The notes beneath the pieces were generated by a model, which saw only the letters and a list, made by a program, of their open reading frames with translations, was not told the DNA's origin and did not search any database. 64,000 bases of DNA, taken from NCBI GenBank assembly GCA_965232515.1, contig CBDDPY010000002.1, positions 5,824,001 through 5,888,000 on the forward strand. Direction: 5' to 3'. This document shows, one piece after another, positions 21,742-31,456 of this stretch; the first letter of the stretch is position 1, and every line of letters begins with the position of its first letter. This DNA comes from Alphaproteobacteria bacterium (GTDB lineage: Bacteria; Pseudomonadota; Alphaproteobacteria; GCA-2731375). The translations under genes were made by a program, and so were the position numbers.

Positions 21742-22608
21742 ATGTCGGCGGCGGCTGCATCACAAAAAGACAAACAGCGGGACTTCGCGTTCTCGGACAG
21801 CGACTTCCGTTTCATCGCCCAAATGCTGAAGGAACGCGCCGGCATCGTGCTGGCCGACCACAAGCGGGACATGGTGTACAGCCGGCTCGCAAAACGAATT
21901 CGCGAGCTGAAGCTGGACAGCTTTCGCGAATACATCGATTTGCTGACCGGCCCGAAGGGCGACGACGAGATCGGCACGACCCTGAACGCGCTGACCACAA
22001 ACCTGACCAAGTTTTTCCGCGAGTCGCATCACTTCGACCATCTGAAGTCGGTCGTGGCGCCCGCGGCCCGCAGCGCGGTGAAACCAGGCCAGCGGCCTCG
22101 GCTGCGCATCTGGTCGGCCGGCTGCTCGTCGGGAGAGGAGCCCTACTCGATCTCCATGACGCTGCTCCAGGGGATATCGGATATTGCCAAGTGGGACGCC
22201 AGGATTCTGGCGACCGACATCGACACCAACATGGTGCACCGCGCGTCGCAGGGCATTTACGAACGCCGCTCCGTCGAGGCCATACCGGGACAAGCGCGAA
22301 GCCAGTTCGCCAAGCCGGTGAAGGGAGACGACGACAATTTCCAGATGTCCGAGCGTGTGCGGTCTCTGATCACGTTCAAGCCGCTCAACCTGTTGCATCC
22401 CTGGCCGATGAAAGGCCCGTTTGACCTGATCTTCTGTCGCAACGTTGTGATCTACTTCGACAAGGACACACAGCGCAAACTGTTCGACCGCTATGCCGAC
22501 CTGTTGCGCGAAGACGCGTTCCTCTACATCGGCCATTCCGAGTCGCTGTTCAACGTCACCGACCGCTTCAAGCTGGTCGGTCAAAGCATCTACCAGAGAC
22601 AATCATGA
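21742..22608 (+). CDS. cheR: Chemotaxis methyltransferase CheR
   Basis: LTTNLTKFFRE, IWSAGCSSGEEPYS, IFCRNVVIYF, GHSE. Confidence 0.96.
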   Translation: MSAAAASQKDKQRDFAFSDSDFRFIAQMLKERAGIVLADHKRDMVYSRLAKRIRELKLDSFREYIDLLTGPKGDDEIGTTLNALTTNLTKFFRESHHFDHLKSVVAPAARSAVKPGQRPRLRIWSAGCSSGEEPYSISMTLLQGISDIAKWDARILATDIDTNMVHRASQGIYERRSVEAIPGQARSQFAKPVKGDDDNFQMSERVRSLITFKPLNLLHPWPMKGPFDLIFCRNVVIYFDKDTQRKLFDRYADLLREDAFLYIGHSESLFNVTDRFKLVGQSIYQRQS

Positions 22609-22699
22609 TGATGTTCGACAGGGGGCGCGCGGACATCGTTACCGGCGGATCGAACCAGATGCGATTCGCAACTATCACCGAGGATTGGAGTGCTGTGGG

Positions 22700-23728
22700 A
22701 TGATACGGGTCCTGATCGTTGACGATTCCGCGCTGATCCGGCAACTGTTGAGCCACCTCCTGTCCGAGGATCCCGAGATCAAGGTCGTCGGCGTGGCCGC
22801 CGATCCGCTGGTGGCGCGCGAGAAGATCAAGGCCGAGAATCCTGACGTCGTCACCCTCGACGTCGAGATGCCGAAGATGGACGGCCTGTCGTTTCTGGAG
22901 CGGATCATGCGCCTCCGGCCGATGCCGGTGGTGATGGTTTCGACGCTCACCCAGAAGGGCGCGGACGTGACGCTGAAGGCGCTCGAATTGGGCGCGGTCG
23001 ATTTCATCGGCAAGCCGACCATCGATGTCGAAAGCGGCTGGCAGGAAAAGAAAGAGGAGCTGATCGCCAAGGTCAAGGCCGCGGCCCGGGCGCGGGTGCA
23101 ATCGCGGACCAACGGCAGCAAGGCGCCGAAGAAGTCCGTCTCCAGCAACATCGGCTTTCGCACAACCGACAAGGTCGTGGCCATCGGCGCCTCCACGGGC
23201 GGCGTGGACGCCTTGCGCGAGGTGATATGCGCGCTGCCTGCGGACAGCCCGCCGATCCTGATCACGCAGCACATGCCGCCGAGCTTCACCGGCCGGTTTG
23301 CGGAACGTCTGAATTCGCTGGCCGCTGTGTCGATCGCCGAGGCGACGGACAATGCCCGGGTGATGCCTGGCCATGTCTACATCGCGCCGGGCGACAAGCA
23401 CCTGAAGCTCTCGCGGTCGGGCGCCAACTATATCTGCAAGCTGTGGGACGGGCCGCTGGTGACCGGTCACAAACCGTCGGTCGACGTGATGTTCGAGTCG
23501 GTTGCCGACGTTGCCGGCGAGAACTGCGTCGCGGCGATCCTGACCGGGATGGGCAAGGACGGCGGCAAGGGCATGCTGAAGATCCGTGAGACCGGCGCCA
23601 TGACGATCGGTCAGGACGAGGCGACATCGCTGGTCTACGGCATGCCCAGGGTGGCGCAGGAGATGGGCGCCGTACAGGAGCAGCTGCCGCTCGGAAAGAT
23701 CGCCGAAGGGATCATGAAAGCCTGTTGA
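22700..23728 (+). CDS. cheB: Chemotaxis methylesterase CheB
   Basis: Receiver plus IGASTGG, QHMP, HKPSVDV, LTGMGKDG, VYGMP. Confidence 0.96.
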   Translation: MIRVLIVDDSALIRQLLSHLLSEDPEIKVVGVAADPLVAREKIKAENPDVVTLDVEMPKMDGLSFLERIMRLRPMPVVMVSTLTQKGADVTLKALELGAVDFIGKPTIDVESGWQEKKEELIAKVKAAARARVQSRTNGSKAPKKSVSSNIGFRTTDKVVAIGASTGGVDALREVICALPADSPPILITQHMPPSFTGRFAERLNSLAAVSIAEATDNARVMPGHVYIAPGDKHLKLSRSGANYICKLWDGPLVTGHKPSVDVMFESVADVAGENCVAAILTGMGKDGGKGMLKIRETGAMTIGQDEATSLVYGMPRVAQEMGAVQEQLPLGKIAEGIMKAC

Positions 23729-23883
23729 ACATCGGTGATTGGTTGGCGCTCCGGTCATCGACGATCGCGATTCACTGCCGGAAACGACAGAATTAGCGCC
23801 AGTAACGGTCGGAGTTCTCATAAAGAGAACAAAGTATTCGGGTTCGATGTTCAAATTATCTCAGTTCCTGCAAATGGTTTCGG

Positions 23884-23898
23884 TTAACCGATTTTTGA
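23884..23898 (+). promoter_or_regulatory. CtrA-like box upstream of the second cheY
   Basis: TTAA-ccgattt-TTGA in an AT-rich spacer. Confidence 0.33.
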
Positions 23899-24038
23899 AA
23901 TTTCGCCATTAGAAATGGATCGTTGTCGGACTGATAGCCGATACTGCGGCAAGTCGGATCGACGTTCGTATGACCAGGGCGGTTCCGCCTGAAGCGGATG
24001 ATGCGGCGCCGCCGAGTGACCTAGCGGAGAAGTGGACG

Positions 24039-24428
24039 ATGCCTACAGCGAAAGACATGGTTGTCCTGGTTGTCGACGATCAGCAGAGCATGCGGCAGCT
24101 CACCCGCTATTCCCTCGAGCAGCTCGGCATCCGGAAGGTCACCGAGGCTTCGGACGGGAAGGACGCCGTCTCGGCCATGCAAAGCCAGAAATTCGATCTG
24201 ATCATTTCGGATTGGAACATGGACGTCATGGACGGCCTGGAGCTGCTGAAGCACGTTCGCGCCGATCCGATCTTCAACAAGACGCCGTTCATCATGGCGA
24301 CCGGTCAGAACTCCAAAGCGCAGGTGAAGGAAGCGATCGACGCCGGCGTCAACAACTACATCGTCAAGCCGCTGAACGGCATCACGCTGAAGAAGAAGAT
24401 CGAAGCGGTTATGGGGCCGCTGCAGTAG
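24039..24428 (+). CDS. cheY: Chemotaxis response regulator CheY (CheY2-type)
   Basis: VLVVDDQQSMR, ISDWNMDVMDG, GVNNYIVKP. Confidence 0.9.
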   Translation: MPTAKDMVVLVVDDQQSMRQLTRYSLEQLGIRKVTEASDGKDAVSAMQSQKFDLIISDWNMDVMDGLELLKHVRADPIFNKTPFIMATGQNSKAQVKEAIDAGVNNYIVKPLNGITLKKKIEAVMGPLQ

Positions 24429-24680
24429 GCCACCGCGACAGACGCGGGACATTATCCGCGCCGCCCCCGCGACACATCATCGTTCAGCAACGCACTGTGC
24501 CGGCATCACTGCCGGCATTTTGCGTTTTCGGATCTCCGCTCGGCCTTGCCCGGGCGACGATCTATGCGTGCTTGCAGGCAACCCTGTGACTCAGGTAGGG
24601 ATCATGCGGGGCGGGCAGCGGCAAGCGCGTGACGACGTTCGCCCTGTCGACGTTCAGGGTGACCGAAGGACGGGTAATCC

Positions 24681-25517
24681 GTGTCAAGCAATCGGACGGC
24701 GTACACGATCGTCGTCGGCAATGAAAAGGGAGGTTCGGGCAAGACGACCACCGCTGCGCACCTGATCACGGCCTTGTTGCGCACCGGCTTTCGCGTCGCC
24801 AGCCTGGACCTGGATCCGCGCCAGCGGTCGCTGACACGTTTCTTCGACAACCGTCAACGTTGGGCGGCGGCGCATGGCGTCGAGCTGCCGTCGCCTTCGC
24901 ATCGCGCCGTTCAGCGCAGCGAGGCGGACAGTCATACCCAAGCCATCCGCGAGGAACGGCAGCGCCTGACCGCCGCGATGGCGGAGTTCCGGGGCTACCA
25001 CGACTTCATCGTGGTCGACTGCCCGGGCAGCGACATGTCGCTGGCACGCATTGGCCACGCCTTTGCCGATACGCTGATCACGCCGATCAACGACAGCTTC
25101 CTCGATCTGGATCTGCTGGCCGAGCTGGATCCGTCCGGCGGCAAGGTCGAAGCCGTTGGCGTCTATGCGAAGATGGTGATGGAGATCCGTCGCCAGCGGA
25201 TCGAGAGCAAGCGCCCCGGCATGGACTGGATCCTTATGCGCAACCGGTTGAGCTCGCTCGGCGACCGGAACAAGCGCCTGCTCGCCGATACCCTGGGCGA
25301 GCTGTCGAAAACCTTCGGTCTGCGGCTGGCGACCGGTTTCGGCGAGCGCATTATCTTCCGTCAGCTGTTTCTATCGGGCTTGACCGTGCTGGATCTCGGT
25401 CAGTCGGATGTCGATATCCCCATGACCATGTCGCACGTGGCGGCGCGGCAGGAGATCCGGCAGTTGCTCGGCGCGCTCTGGCTGCCGCGTGTGGACGATC
25501 GCCTGAAGGCGCTGTAA
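24681..25517 (+). CDS. mipZ: MipZ-family ParA-like ATPase
   Basis: VVGNEKGGSGKTT, DLDPRQRSL, DCPG, ADTLITPINDSFLD, GFGERIIFRQLF. Confidence 0.85.
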   Translation: MSSNRTAYTIVVGNEKGGSGKTTTAAHLITALLRTGFRVASLDLDPRQRSLTRFFDNRQRWAAAHGVELPSPSHRAVQRSEADSHTQAIREERQRLTAAMAEFRGYHDFIVVDCPGSDMSLARIGHAFADTLITPINDSFLDLDLLAELDPSGGKVEAVGVYAKMVMEIRRQRIESKRPGMDWILMRNRLSSLGDRNKRLLADTLGELSKTFGLRLATGFGERIIFRQLFLSGLTVLDLGQSDVDIPMTMSHVAARQEIRQLLGALWLPRVDDRLKAL

Positions 25518-25556
25518 CGCCGGCCGCTGACGCGGGTTCGGCGTCAACCGGTCCGA

Positions 25557-26057
25557 TCAGTCTTCGTGGTCGAAGGTTGTCGGCGAGAAGCGCTTGGCGA
25601 ACCGCGACTTCACCTCTTCCATCGTCAGTTGGCTCAGTGCCTGACTGACCCAGCGGTCCGGCAGCAGGGTGGCCGTGCCGTCGCCGCCGTTCGGGAGAGC
25701 GGCCTTGGCCTCCATCTCCTGCGTCGCTTCCAGCAGCACGCCAAGCGCGATGGCCAGGTTGCTTTGCCGCTGCCGCAGCCGGTCGTCGGCCTGCAGCGCG
25801 GCGATGATGCCGCTGACGCTGCCCATGGCCTCCTGCGGCAGGCCGGAGGCGAACAGCGTCATGGCATGGTTCGACAAGTCGCTGGCCATGACCTGCTGCA
25901 GCTCGAGTGTCCGGTCGATTTCCTCGACAGCCGTTTCGAGTCCGGCGATCACGAAGCTTGTGAGCTGAAGGATCTCGTCGGCGGTCAGCCCGTCCGACGT
26001 GCCGTCAGCCTGTTCGTTCGCTGGGTCAATCGACTTAGGTAACGCCTTAGTCGTCAT
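25557..26057 (-). CDS. Helical hypothetical protein with DxxxQ motif (possible CheZ/CheT-like phosphatase)
   Basis: IIAALQADDRLRQRQ; located in the che cluster. Confidence 0.55.
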   Translation of the reverse strand: MTTKALPKSIDPANEQADGTSDGLTADEILQLTSFVIAGLETAVEEIDRTLELQQVMASDLSNHAMTLFASGLPQEAMGSVSGIIAALQADDRLRQRQSNLAIALGVLLEATQEMEAKAALPNGGDGTATLLPDRWVSQALSQLTMEEVKSRFAKRFSPTTFDHED

Positions 26058-26232
26058 CGGAAAATCTTGCCTAATTTTTTGTAAATCGTAGTCGAAACTT
26101 CAAGGCGATCCCCCAATCCGACAAACTAACTTGTCGACTTTGCCAAGTCGTTAACTCAACGGCGCTGAATTCAGTAGCTCGAATTCTACCAATCGTACGC
26201 AATGTCGATGGATGTGCTAATAAGCGCTGCTA

Positions 26233-26247
26233 TTAACAGAAAATTAC
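26233..26247 (+). promoter_or_regulatory. CtrA-like box in the divergent spacer before the pentapeptide-cheD unit
   Basis: TTAA-cagaaaa-TTAC. Confidence 0.35.
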
Positions 26248-26433
26248 GCTTTAGCCACCAATCTCAAAGAACGAAATGATTGCAGTCGCTGTCGGCATCT
26301 CCGGCGGTGCGCCCAGCGAATCGGGCGGCGCTGCATGACACCAGGTGACCATTCGGAGTTGGGGGACATCCGGCACGGTCCATCATTCGGGTTCGATGGG
26401 CCGAAAGATTGAGTGAAGGGCTTCCGCAACGTC

Positions 26434-27597
26434 ATGCAATCAACCCGGATAAACAAGATCCTGCGTCGCCACCAGAGCTGGTTGACGAACCAGTCGGACG
26501 GGATCCGCGCCGACTTTACCGGCGAGGATCTGACGGGCGCCGACTTCAGCGGCTTCGACCTTCGGCATGTCGGCTTTAGCGGCGCCACGCTCCGGGGCTG
26601 CCGCTTCGACTCTGCCCGTCTCGACGAGGCGGATCTGTTTTGCGCCGACATGACCGACGCCTCGCTGCGAAACGCCAGCCTGATCGACGCCGATCTTCGC
26701 GGCGCCGTATTTCAGGATGCCGATCTCAGCGGCTGCAACCTGCGCGGCGCGCGGCTGCGGCGCGGTCTGCGATTTGCCGAGGACAGCGACGAGCCGGTTG
26801 CGAAGATTCCGCAGAACCTGAAGCGGGCCACGCTGCAGGATGCCGATCTCAGCGGCGTCGACTGTCTGGGCGCGGACCTTTCGTCGGCCAATCTGACCGG
26901 CGCCAACCTGGAAAACGCCTCGCTCTGCGAGGCTGAACTGGTTGAGGCCGACCTGTCACGGGCCAATCTTTCCAACGCCGATCTCGCGGGCGCCGATCTG
27001 CGGCAGGCGGACCTGACCGGCGCCGTTCTGGAAGGCGTGAACGCGGTCGGCGCGCAGTTGCCGCCGGGCGTGGTGATTTCGAACGCCGGCGCCGGCGCGC
27101 CGGTCGACGAGCCGCCGGCGCAGCAGGACATCGAAGCCATATTCGACTCGCATGCCCGTTGGATCGAGGGGCGCGGCGGCAAGCCAGCCATTCTCATGGG
27201 CGACAAGCTGGGCCCGATCGATCTCAGCGGTCGTGACCTGAGCGGCGCCGTGTTGCGCAATGTCGACCTGCGCGGCGCCAAGTTCGTCAAGTCGCGCATG
27301 GTGATGATCAATCTGACCGGCAGCGATCTCAGCGGCGCCGACCTGCAGGAAGCCGATCTGCGCGGCGCGCAGCTGGCGCACGCGACTCTCACGGATGCCG
27401 ATCTTCGGCGTGTGGATCTGCGCCGGTCCGAGTTGCGGGACGGCAATGGGAAGAAGAACGGTCGATTTCAGTGCGCTGACCTCTCGCATGCGCGACTGAC
27501 GGGGGCAAAGCTCGACGACGCCAAGCTGGACGATGCCGTCCTGAACGGCGTGCAGGGCTTTGACGGTTCGGAGCTGCGGAAGGAGACGGCGTCGTAA
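26434..27597 (+). CDS. Pentapeptide-repeat protein
   Basis: Long runs of A(D/N)Lxx repeats in two modules. Confidence 0.92.
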   Translation: MQSTRINKILRRHQSWLTNQSDGIRADFTGEDLTGADFSGFDLRHVGFSGATLRGCRFDSARLDEADLFCADMTDASLRNASLIDADLRGAVFQDADLSGCNLRGARLRRGLRFAEDSDEPVAKIPQNLKRATLQDADLSGVDCLGADLSSANLTGANLENASLCEAELVEADLSRANLSNADLAGADLRQADLTGAVLEGVNAVGAQLPPGVVISNAGAGAPVDEPPAQQDIEAIFDSHARWIEGRGGKPAILMGDKLGPIDLSGRDLSGAVLRNVDLRGAKFVKSRMVMINLTGSDLSGADLQEADLRGAQLAHATLTDADLRRVDLRRSELRDGNGKKNGRFQCADLSHARLTGAKLDDAKLDDAVLNGVQGFDGSELRKETAS

Positions 27598-28247
27598 TGA
27601 GTGTTCCCGCAGTGAAGAGTGCCGGCGCCGCGCTCGGCGCGCCCGACGATTCGGTCGAGGACGGTCGCCGACGCTATTTCGACAATCGTCTGAACGTCAC
27701 CGTCGTGAACGTGTTTCAGGGCGACTTCTATGTTTCGACAACGCCGGGCGAAATGCTGGCGACCGTGCTGGGCTCCTGTATCGCCGCCTGCGTGCGCGAT
27801 CCGATCGCCAAGTGCGGCGGCATGAACCACTTCCTCCTGCCGGCGGGCAAGCAGTCGTCCGACAGCGAGGCCACCGGGTTGGCCCTGCGCTACGGCAGTT
27901 ACTCCATGGAGCAGCTGATCAACGGCGTGCTCGCGGCCGGCGGTCGCCGGGAACGGCTGGAGATCAAGGTCTTCGGCGGCGCCAACGTGGTCCGCGGCCT
28001 GTCGGGTGTGGGGCACAAGAACTCCGCGTTCATCGAGGAATATCTGTTGAACGAGGGCTTTGGCATCGCCGCCAAACACATTCGCGGCAGCTGGCCACGC
28101 AAGGTGCATTTCTTTCCCGACACCGGCCAGGTCCGCATGCGCGAGCTGAAAGGCAAGACCGCCGAGCGCGTCTTCGACAAAGAGACGAAACTGCGCGCCA
28201 GGCCAAAGGTGCCGGAGACGGCGGGCACGATCGAGCTGTTCGACTAG
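27597..28247 (+). CDS. cheD: Chemoreceptor glutamine deamidase CheD
   Basis: TVLGSCIAAC, GGMNHFLLP, RYG.YSME.LIN, KVFGG. Confidence 0.95.
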   Translation: MSVPAVKSAGAALGAPDDSVEDGRRRYFDNRLNVTVVNVFQGDFYVSTTPGEMLATVLGSCIAACVRDPIAKCGGMNHFLLPAGKQSSDSEATGLALRYGSYSMEQLINGVLAAGGRRERLEIKVFGGANVVRGLSGVGHKNSAFIEEYLLNEGFGIAAKHIRGSWPRKVHFFPDTGQVRMRELKGKTAERVFDKETKLRARPKVPETAGTIELFD

Positions 28248-28269
28248 GCCGACGTCGCGTGCCTGTCGG

Positions 28270-29829
28270 CTACGGCCGCATCGAAAAGCTTCGAGGCCCC
28301 TTCAAGGCGGCGAGACCGGGTTGGATCCAGTCCAGCCAATCGCACAGCGCCGGACGTGTTTCGGCGGGATCGATCAGCTCGTGGAAAGCGAAGGACTCGG
28401 CCCGCGGAAACGGTGATTGCCGCGCCGCCAGGATCGCCTCCAGCTCCTGGCGTTTGGCTTCCGGGTCGTCGGCGGCGGCGATTTCGCGGCCGAACGCGAC
28501 CGCCACGCCGCCCTCCACGGGCAACGCGCCCATCTCGGCCGACGGCCAGGCCAGCACATAGGCATCGGCGCCGAAATGCGCCGCCTGGGCAACACCGAAC
28601 GATTTGCGTATGACAATCGTGGCCCACGGCGTCTCACAGTCGGCGGCGGCCAGCACGGCGGCCGTGCCGTCGCGGATCGTGCCGGCCTTTTCGGCGTCGG
28701 GACCGATCATGAAGCCGGGCTCGTCGACCAGCGCGATGATCGGCAGATGAAAGGTCTCGCAGAACTCGATGAAGCGTCGCACCTTGCGGGCGCCGTCCGC
28801 CGTCATGGCGCCGGCATAGTAGCGGCAGTCGTTGGCGAAGATGCCGACGGCATGGCCGTTCAGGCGCGCGAGGCAGGTGATCTGTCCGGGGCCATAGCGA
28901 CGGGTCGTCTCGAACACCGAGCCCGTATCGGCGATGGCGGCGATCAGCTTGCGCATATCGTAGGGCTTGCGGCGATCCGCGGGCACGATTGTACGGAGCT
29001 TCTCGTCGCGCCGGTCGCGGTCGTCGTCGGCCGCAATATGGGGCGCCAGCTCCCAGACATTTTGCGGCAGGTAGCTCAGGAACCGGCGGATCTGCGCGAA
29101 GGCGTCGGCCTCGTCCTCGGCGGCATTGTCGATCACGCCGTTGACCAGGTGCACGTCGGGGCCGCCCAGGTCTTCCTTGCTGATCTGCACGCCGAGCGCC
29201 CGCTCGACCACGGCCGGACCGGCGATCAGGATCTGCGCCGTCGCTTTCGTCATGACGGTGAAATGCGAGGCCACGAGCCGAGCCGCCGGTAGCCCGGCCA
29301 CTGGGCCCAGCGCGGCCGAGACCACCGGCACCGTGGCCATGGCCCTGGCGACGGAGCGGAAGCGGTGCGGTTCGTAGACCGGATCGCCGACCGGGCCGCG
29401 CGGGCCCTTGCCGCCCGCGCCGCTGACGCTGCCACCACCGCCCTCGTGCAGGCGGATCAGCGGCACCCGATACTGGCAGGCCAGCGTCTCGGCATAGATG
29501 CTCTTGCGCAAGCCGGCTGCGTTCGGCGAACCGCCCTTGAGGGTGAAGTCCTCGCCGCCGATGATGCAGGCGCGGCCGTCGATCTCTCCGAGTCCCAGAA
29601 TGAAGTTCGCCGGCGTGAAGTCGTGCAGCCTGCCTTCGTCGTCCAGCTCGGCCGCGCCGGCGCCCATGCCCTGTTCGCGGAACGTGTCGCCGTCCAACAG
29701 CGCGTCGATGCGCTCGCGCAGGCTGAGCCGGCCCTTGGCGTGCTGCCGTGCCACGGCGTCCTCGCCGCCCTGAAGCAGGGCGCGCCGGCGCCGCTCGTGG
29801 ATCTCGTCGATTTGCTTTTCCCAGGCCAT
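28270..29829 (-). CDS. Acyl-CoA carboxylase carboxyltransferase subunit
   Basis: RQHAKGRLSLRERI, DFTLKGGS, VDEPGFMIG. Confidence 0.9.
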   Translation of the reverse strand: MAWEKQIDEIHERRRRALLQGGEDAVARQHAKGRLSLRERIDALLDGDTFREQGMGAGAAELDDEGRLHDFTPANFILGLGEIDGRACIIGGEDFTLKGGSPNAAGLRKSIYAETLACQYRVPLIRLHEGGGGSVSGAGGKGPRGPVGDPVYEPHRFRSVARAMATVPVVSAALGPVAGLPAARLVASHFTVMTKATAQILIAGPAVVERALGVQISKEDLGGPDVHLVNGVIDNAAEDEADAFAQIRRFLSYLPQNVWELAPHIAADDDRDRRDEKLRTIVPADRRKPYDMRKLIAAIADTGSVFETTRRYGPGQITCLARLNGHAVGIFANDCRYYAGAMTADGARKVRRFIEFCETFHLPIIALVDEPGFMIGPDAEKAGTIRDGTAAVLAAADCETPWATIVIRKSFGVAQAAHFGADAYVLAWPSAEMGALPVEGGVAVAFGREIAAADDPEAKRQELEAILAARQSPFPRAESFAFHELIDPAETRPALCDWLDWIQPGLAALKGPRSFSMRP

Positions 29830-29926
29830 GCCGCGTCCCGTCTGCCGAACCGAAAAACTGGCGTATCATGCCGGCATGCGCGCGGCCTGTCCAAGCGCCG
29901 CGCGGCCGAGTGGAGGAAAATGCATC

Positions 29927-31456
29927 ATGCCGTCGTCGGGAAACAAACGTATCGCCATCCTGGGCTTCGATCTCGAGGCCAACCGCTTCGCGCCGGTCTG
30001 CGGCCGGGCCGAGTTCGAGGAGCGCGCCTACTATGAGGGCGAGGCGATCAGCCGGGACGCCCGCGCCGAGCATCCCGCCATCCATGGCGGCATCTGCGGC
30101 TTCTACGCGACCATGGACGCGGCTGGTGACTGGACCCCGGTGCCGATCCTCTATACCGGATCGACGCCGAACGGCCCGGTCGATCAGGGTTTCTTCGACG
30201 AGGTCGTCGCGAAAATGCAGGCGGGACTGGCCTCGGCCGCGCCGCTCGACGGCGTCTATATCTGCGAGCATGGCGCGGCGGTCTCGACCGGCAGCCACGA
30301 TCCGGACGGCGATCTTTTCGGCATGGTGCGCGAGGCGGTCGGGCCCGACGTGCCGGTGATCGCGACCCTCGATCTGCACACAAATGTGTCGCAGCGCATG
30401 GTCGACGCCACCGATCTGCTGATCGCCTATCGCACCAACCCGCATGTCGACCAGTTCGAGCGGGGCGCCGAGGCCGCGGCGGCCATGCGCGAGATGTTCG
30501 ATGGTGTCCGCCCGGCCACGGCCTTCGTGCGGCTGCCGCTGGTGGCGCCATCGGTGACGTTGCTGACGGCCGAAGGCCAGCCTTATGGTGACCTGATCCG
30601 GCTAGGGCAGAGCAAGATCGACGCGGACGTGCTGAACGTCTCGATCACCGCCGGCTTCGCTTTCAGCGACACGCCGAAGAACGGTATGGGCATCCTGGTG
30701 ACGACGCGCGGCGATGCGGCCAAGGCGGCGGCGCTGGCCGACGAGCTGGCCACGGCGGGCTGGGCCGACCGGGCCCGATATCGGACCAACATGATCGACC
30801 TGGACACGGCGGTGCGTCTGGCCGTCGAGACCGGCGCCGATGCCGCTAGGCCGTCCCTGCTGTTCGCCGACGTGGCCGACAATCCCGGCGGCGGCGGTCG
30901 CGGCAACACCACCTACATCCTGAAGGCGCTGCACGCGGCCGGTGCGCAGGGCGTGCTGCTGGGCGTGGTCACCGATCCGCCGCTGGTCGAGACGGCGTTC
31001 GCGGCCGGTCAAGGCGGCGCCATCGACGCCCAGTTCAACAGCGAAGAGACTCAATCCTTCTCGGAACCGTTCACGGCGCCGGCGACGGTCATCAGGTTGT
31101 CGGACGGCGAGTTCGTCGGCCATCACGGCATGGTCGCCGACCGGACCGTGCGTGTCGGCCGGTCGTGCCTGCTCGACCTCGGTGGCATTCAGGTCGTCGT
31201 CATCAGCGCCCGGCAGCAATGCCTCAGCGCCGATTTCTTCGAACATTTCGGCCCCGACGTCGCGGCGGCGCGCAGCGTCGTGGTGAAGTCGCGCGGTCAT
31301 TTCCGCGCCGGCTTCCAGCACCTGTTTCCGCCCGAGCGCATTCACGAGGTCGATGTGCCGGGCCTGACCTCGCCGAACCTGGCGAATTTCGACTGGCGGC
31401 ATCTGCCGCGTCCGGTCTATCCGCTCGACCCCGATACCATCTGGCCATCGGAATGA
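29927..31456 (+). CDS. MlrC-like M81 metallopeptidase
   Basis: EANRF, HGA, LDLHTN, YRTNPHVD, DVADNPGGG, VKSRGHFRA. Confidence 0.9.
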   Translation: MPSSGNKRIAILGFDLEANRFAPVCGRAEFEERAYYEGEAISRDARAEHPAIHGGICGFYATMDAAGDWTPVPILYTGSTPNGPVDQGFFDEVVAKMQAGLASAAPLDGVYICEHGAAVSTGSHDPDGDLFGMVREAVGPDVPVIATLDLHTNVSQRMVDATDLLIAYRTNPHVDQFERGAEAAAAMREMFDGVRPATAFVRLPLVAPSVTLLTAEGQPYGDLIRLGQSKIDADVLNVSITAGFAFSDTPKNGMGILVTTRGDAAKAAALADELATAGWADRARYRTNMIDLDTAVRLAVETGADAARPSLLFADVADNPGGGGRGNTTYILKALHAAGAQGVLLGVVTDPPLVETAFAAGQGGAIDAQFNSEETQSFSEPFTAPATVIRLSDGEFVGHHGMVADRTVRVGRSCLLDLGGIQVVVISARQQCLSADFFEHFGPDVAAARSVVVKSRGHFRAGFQHLFPPERIHEVDVPGLTSPNLANFDWRHLPRPVYPLDPDTIWPSE

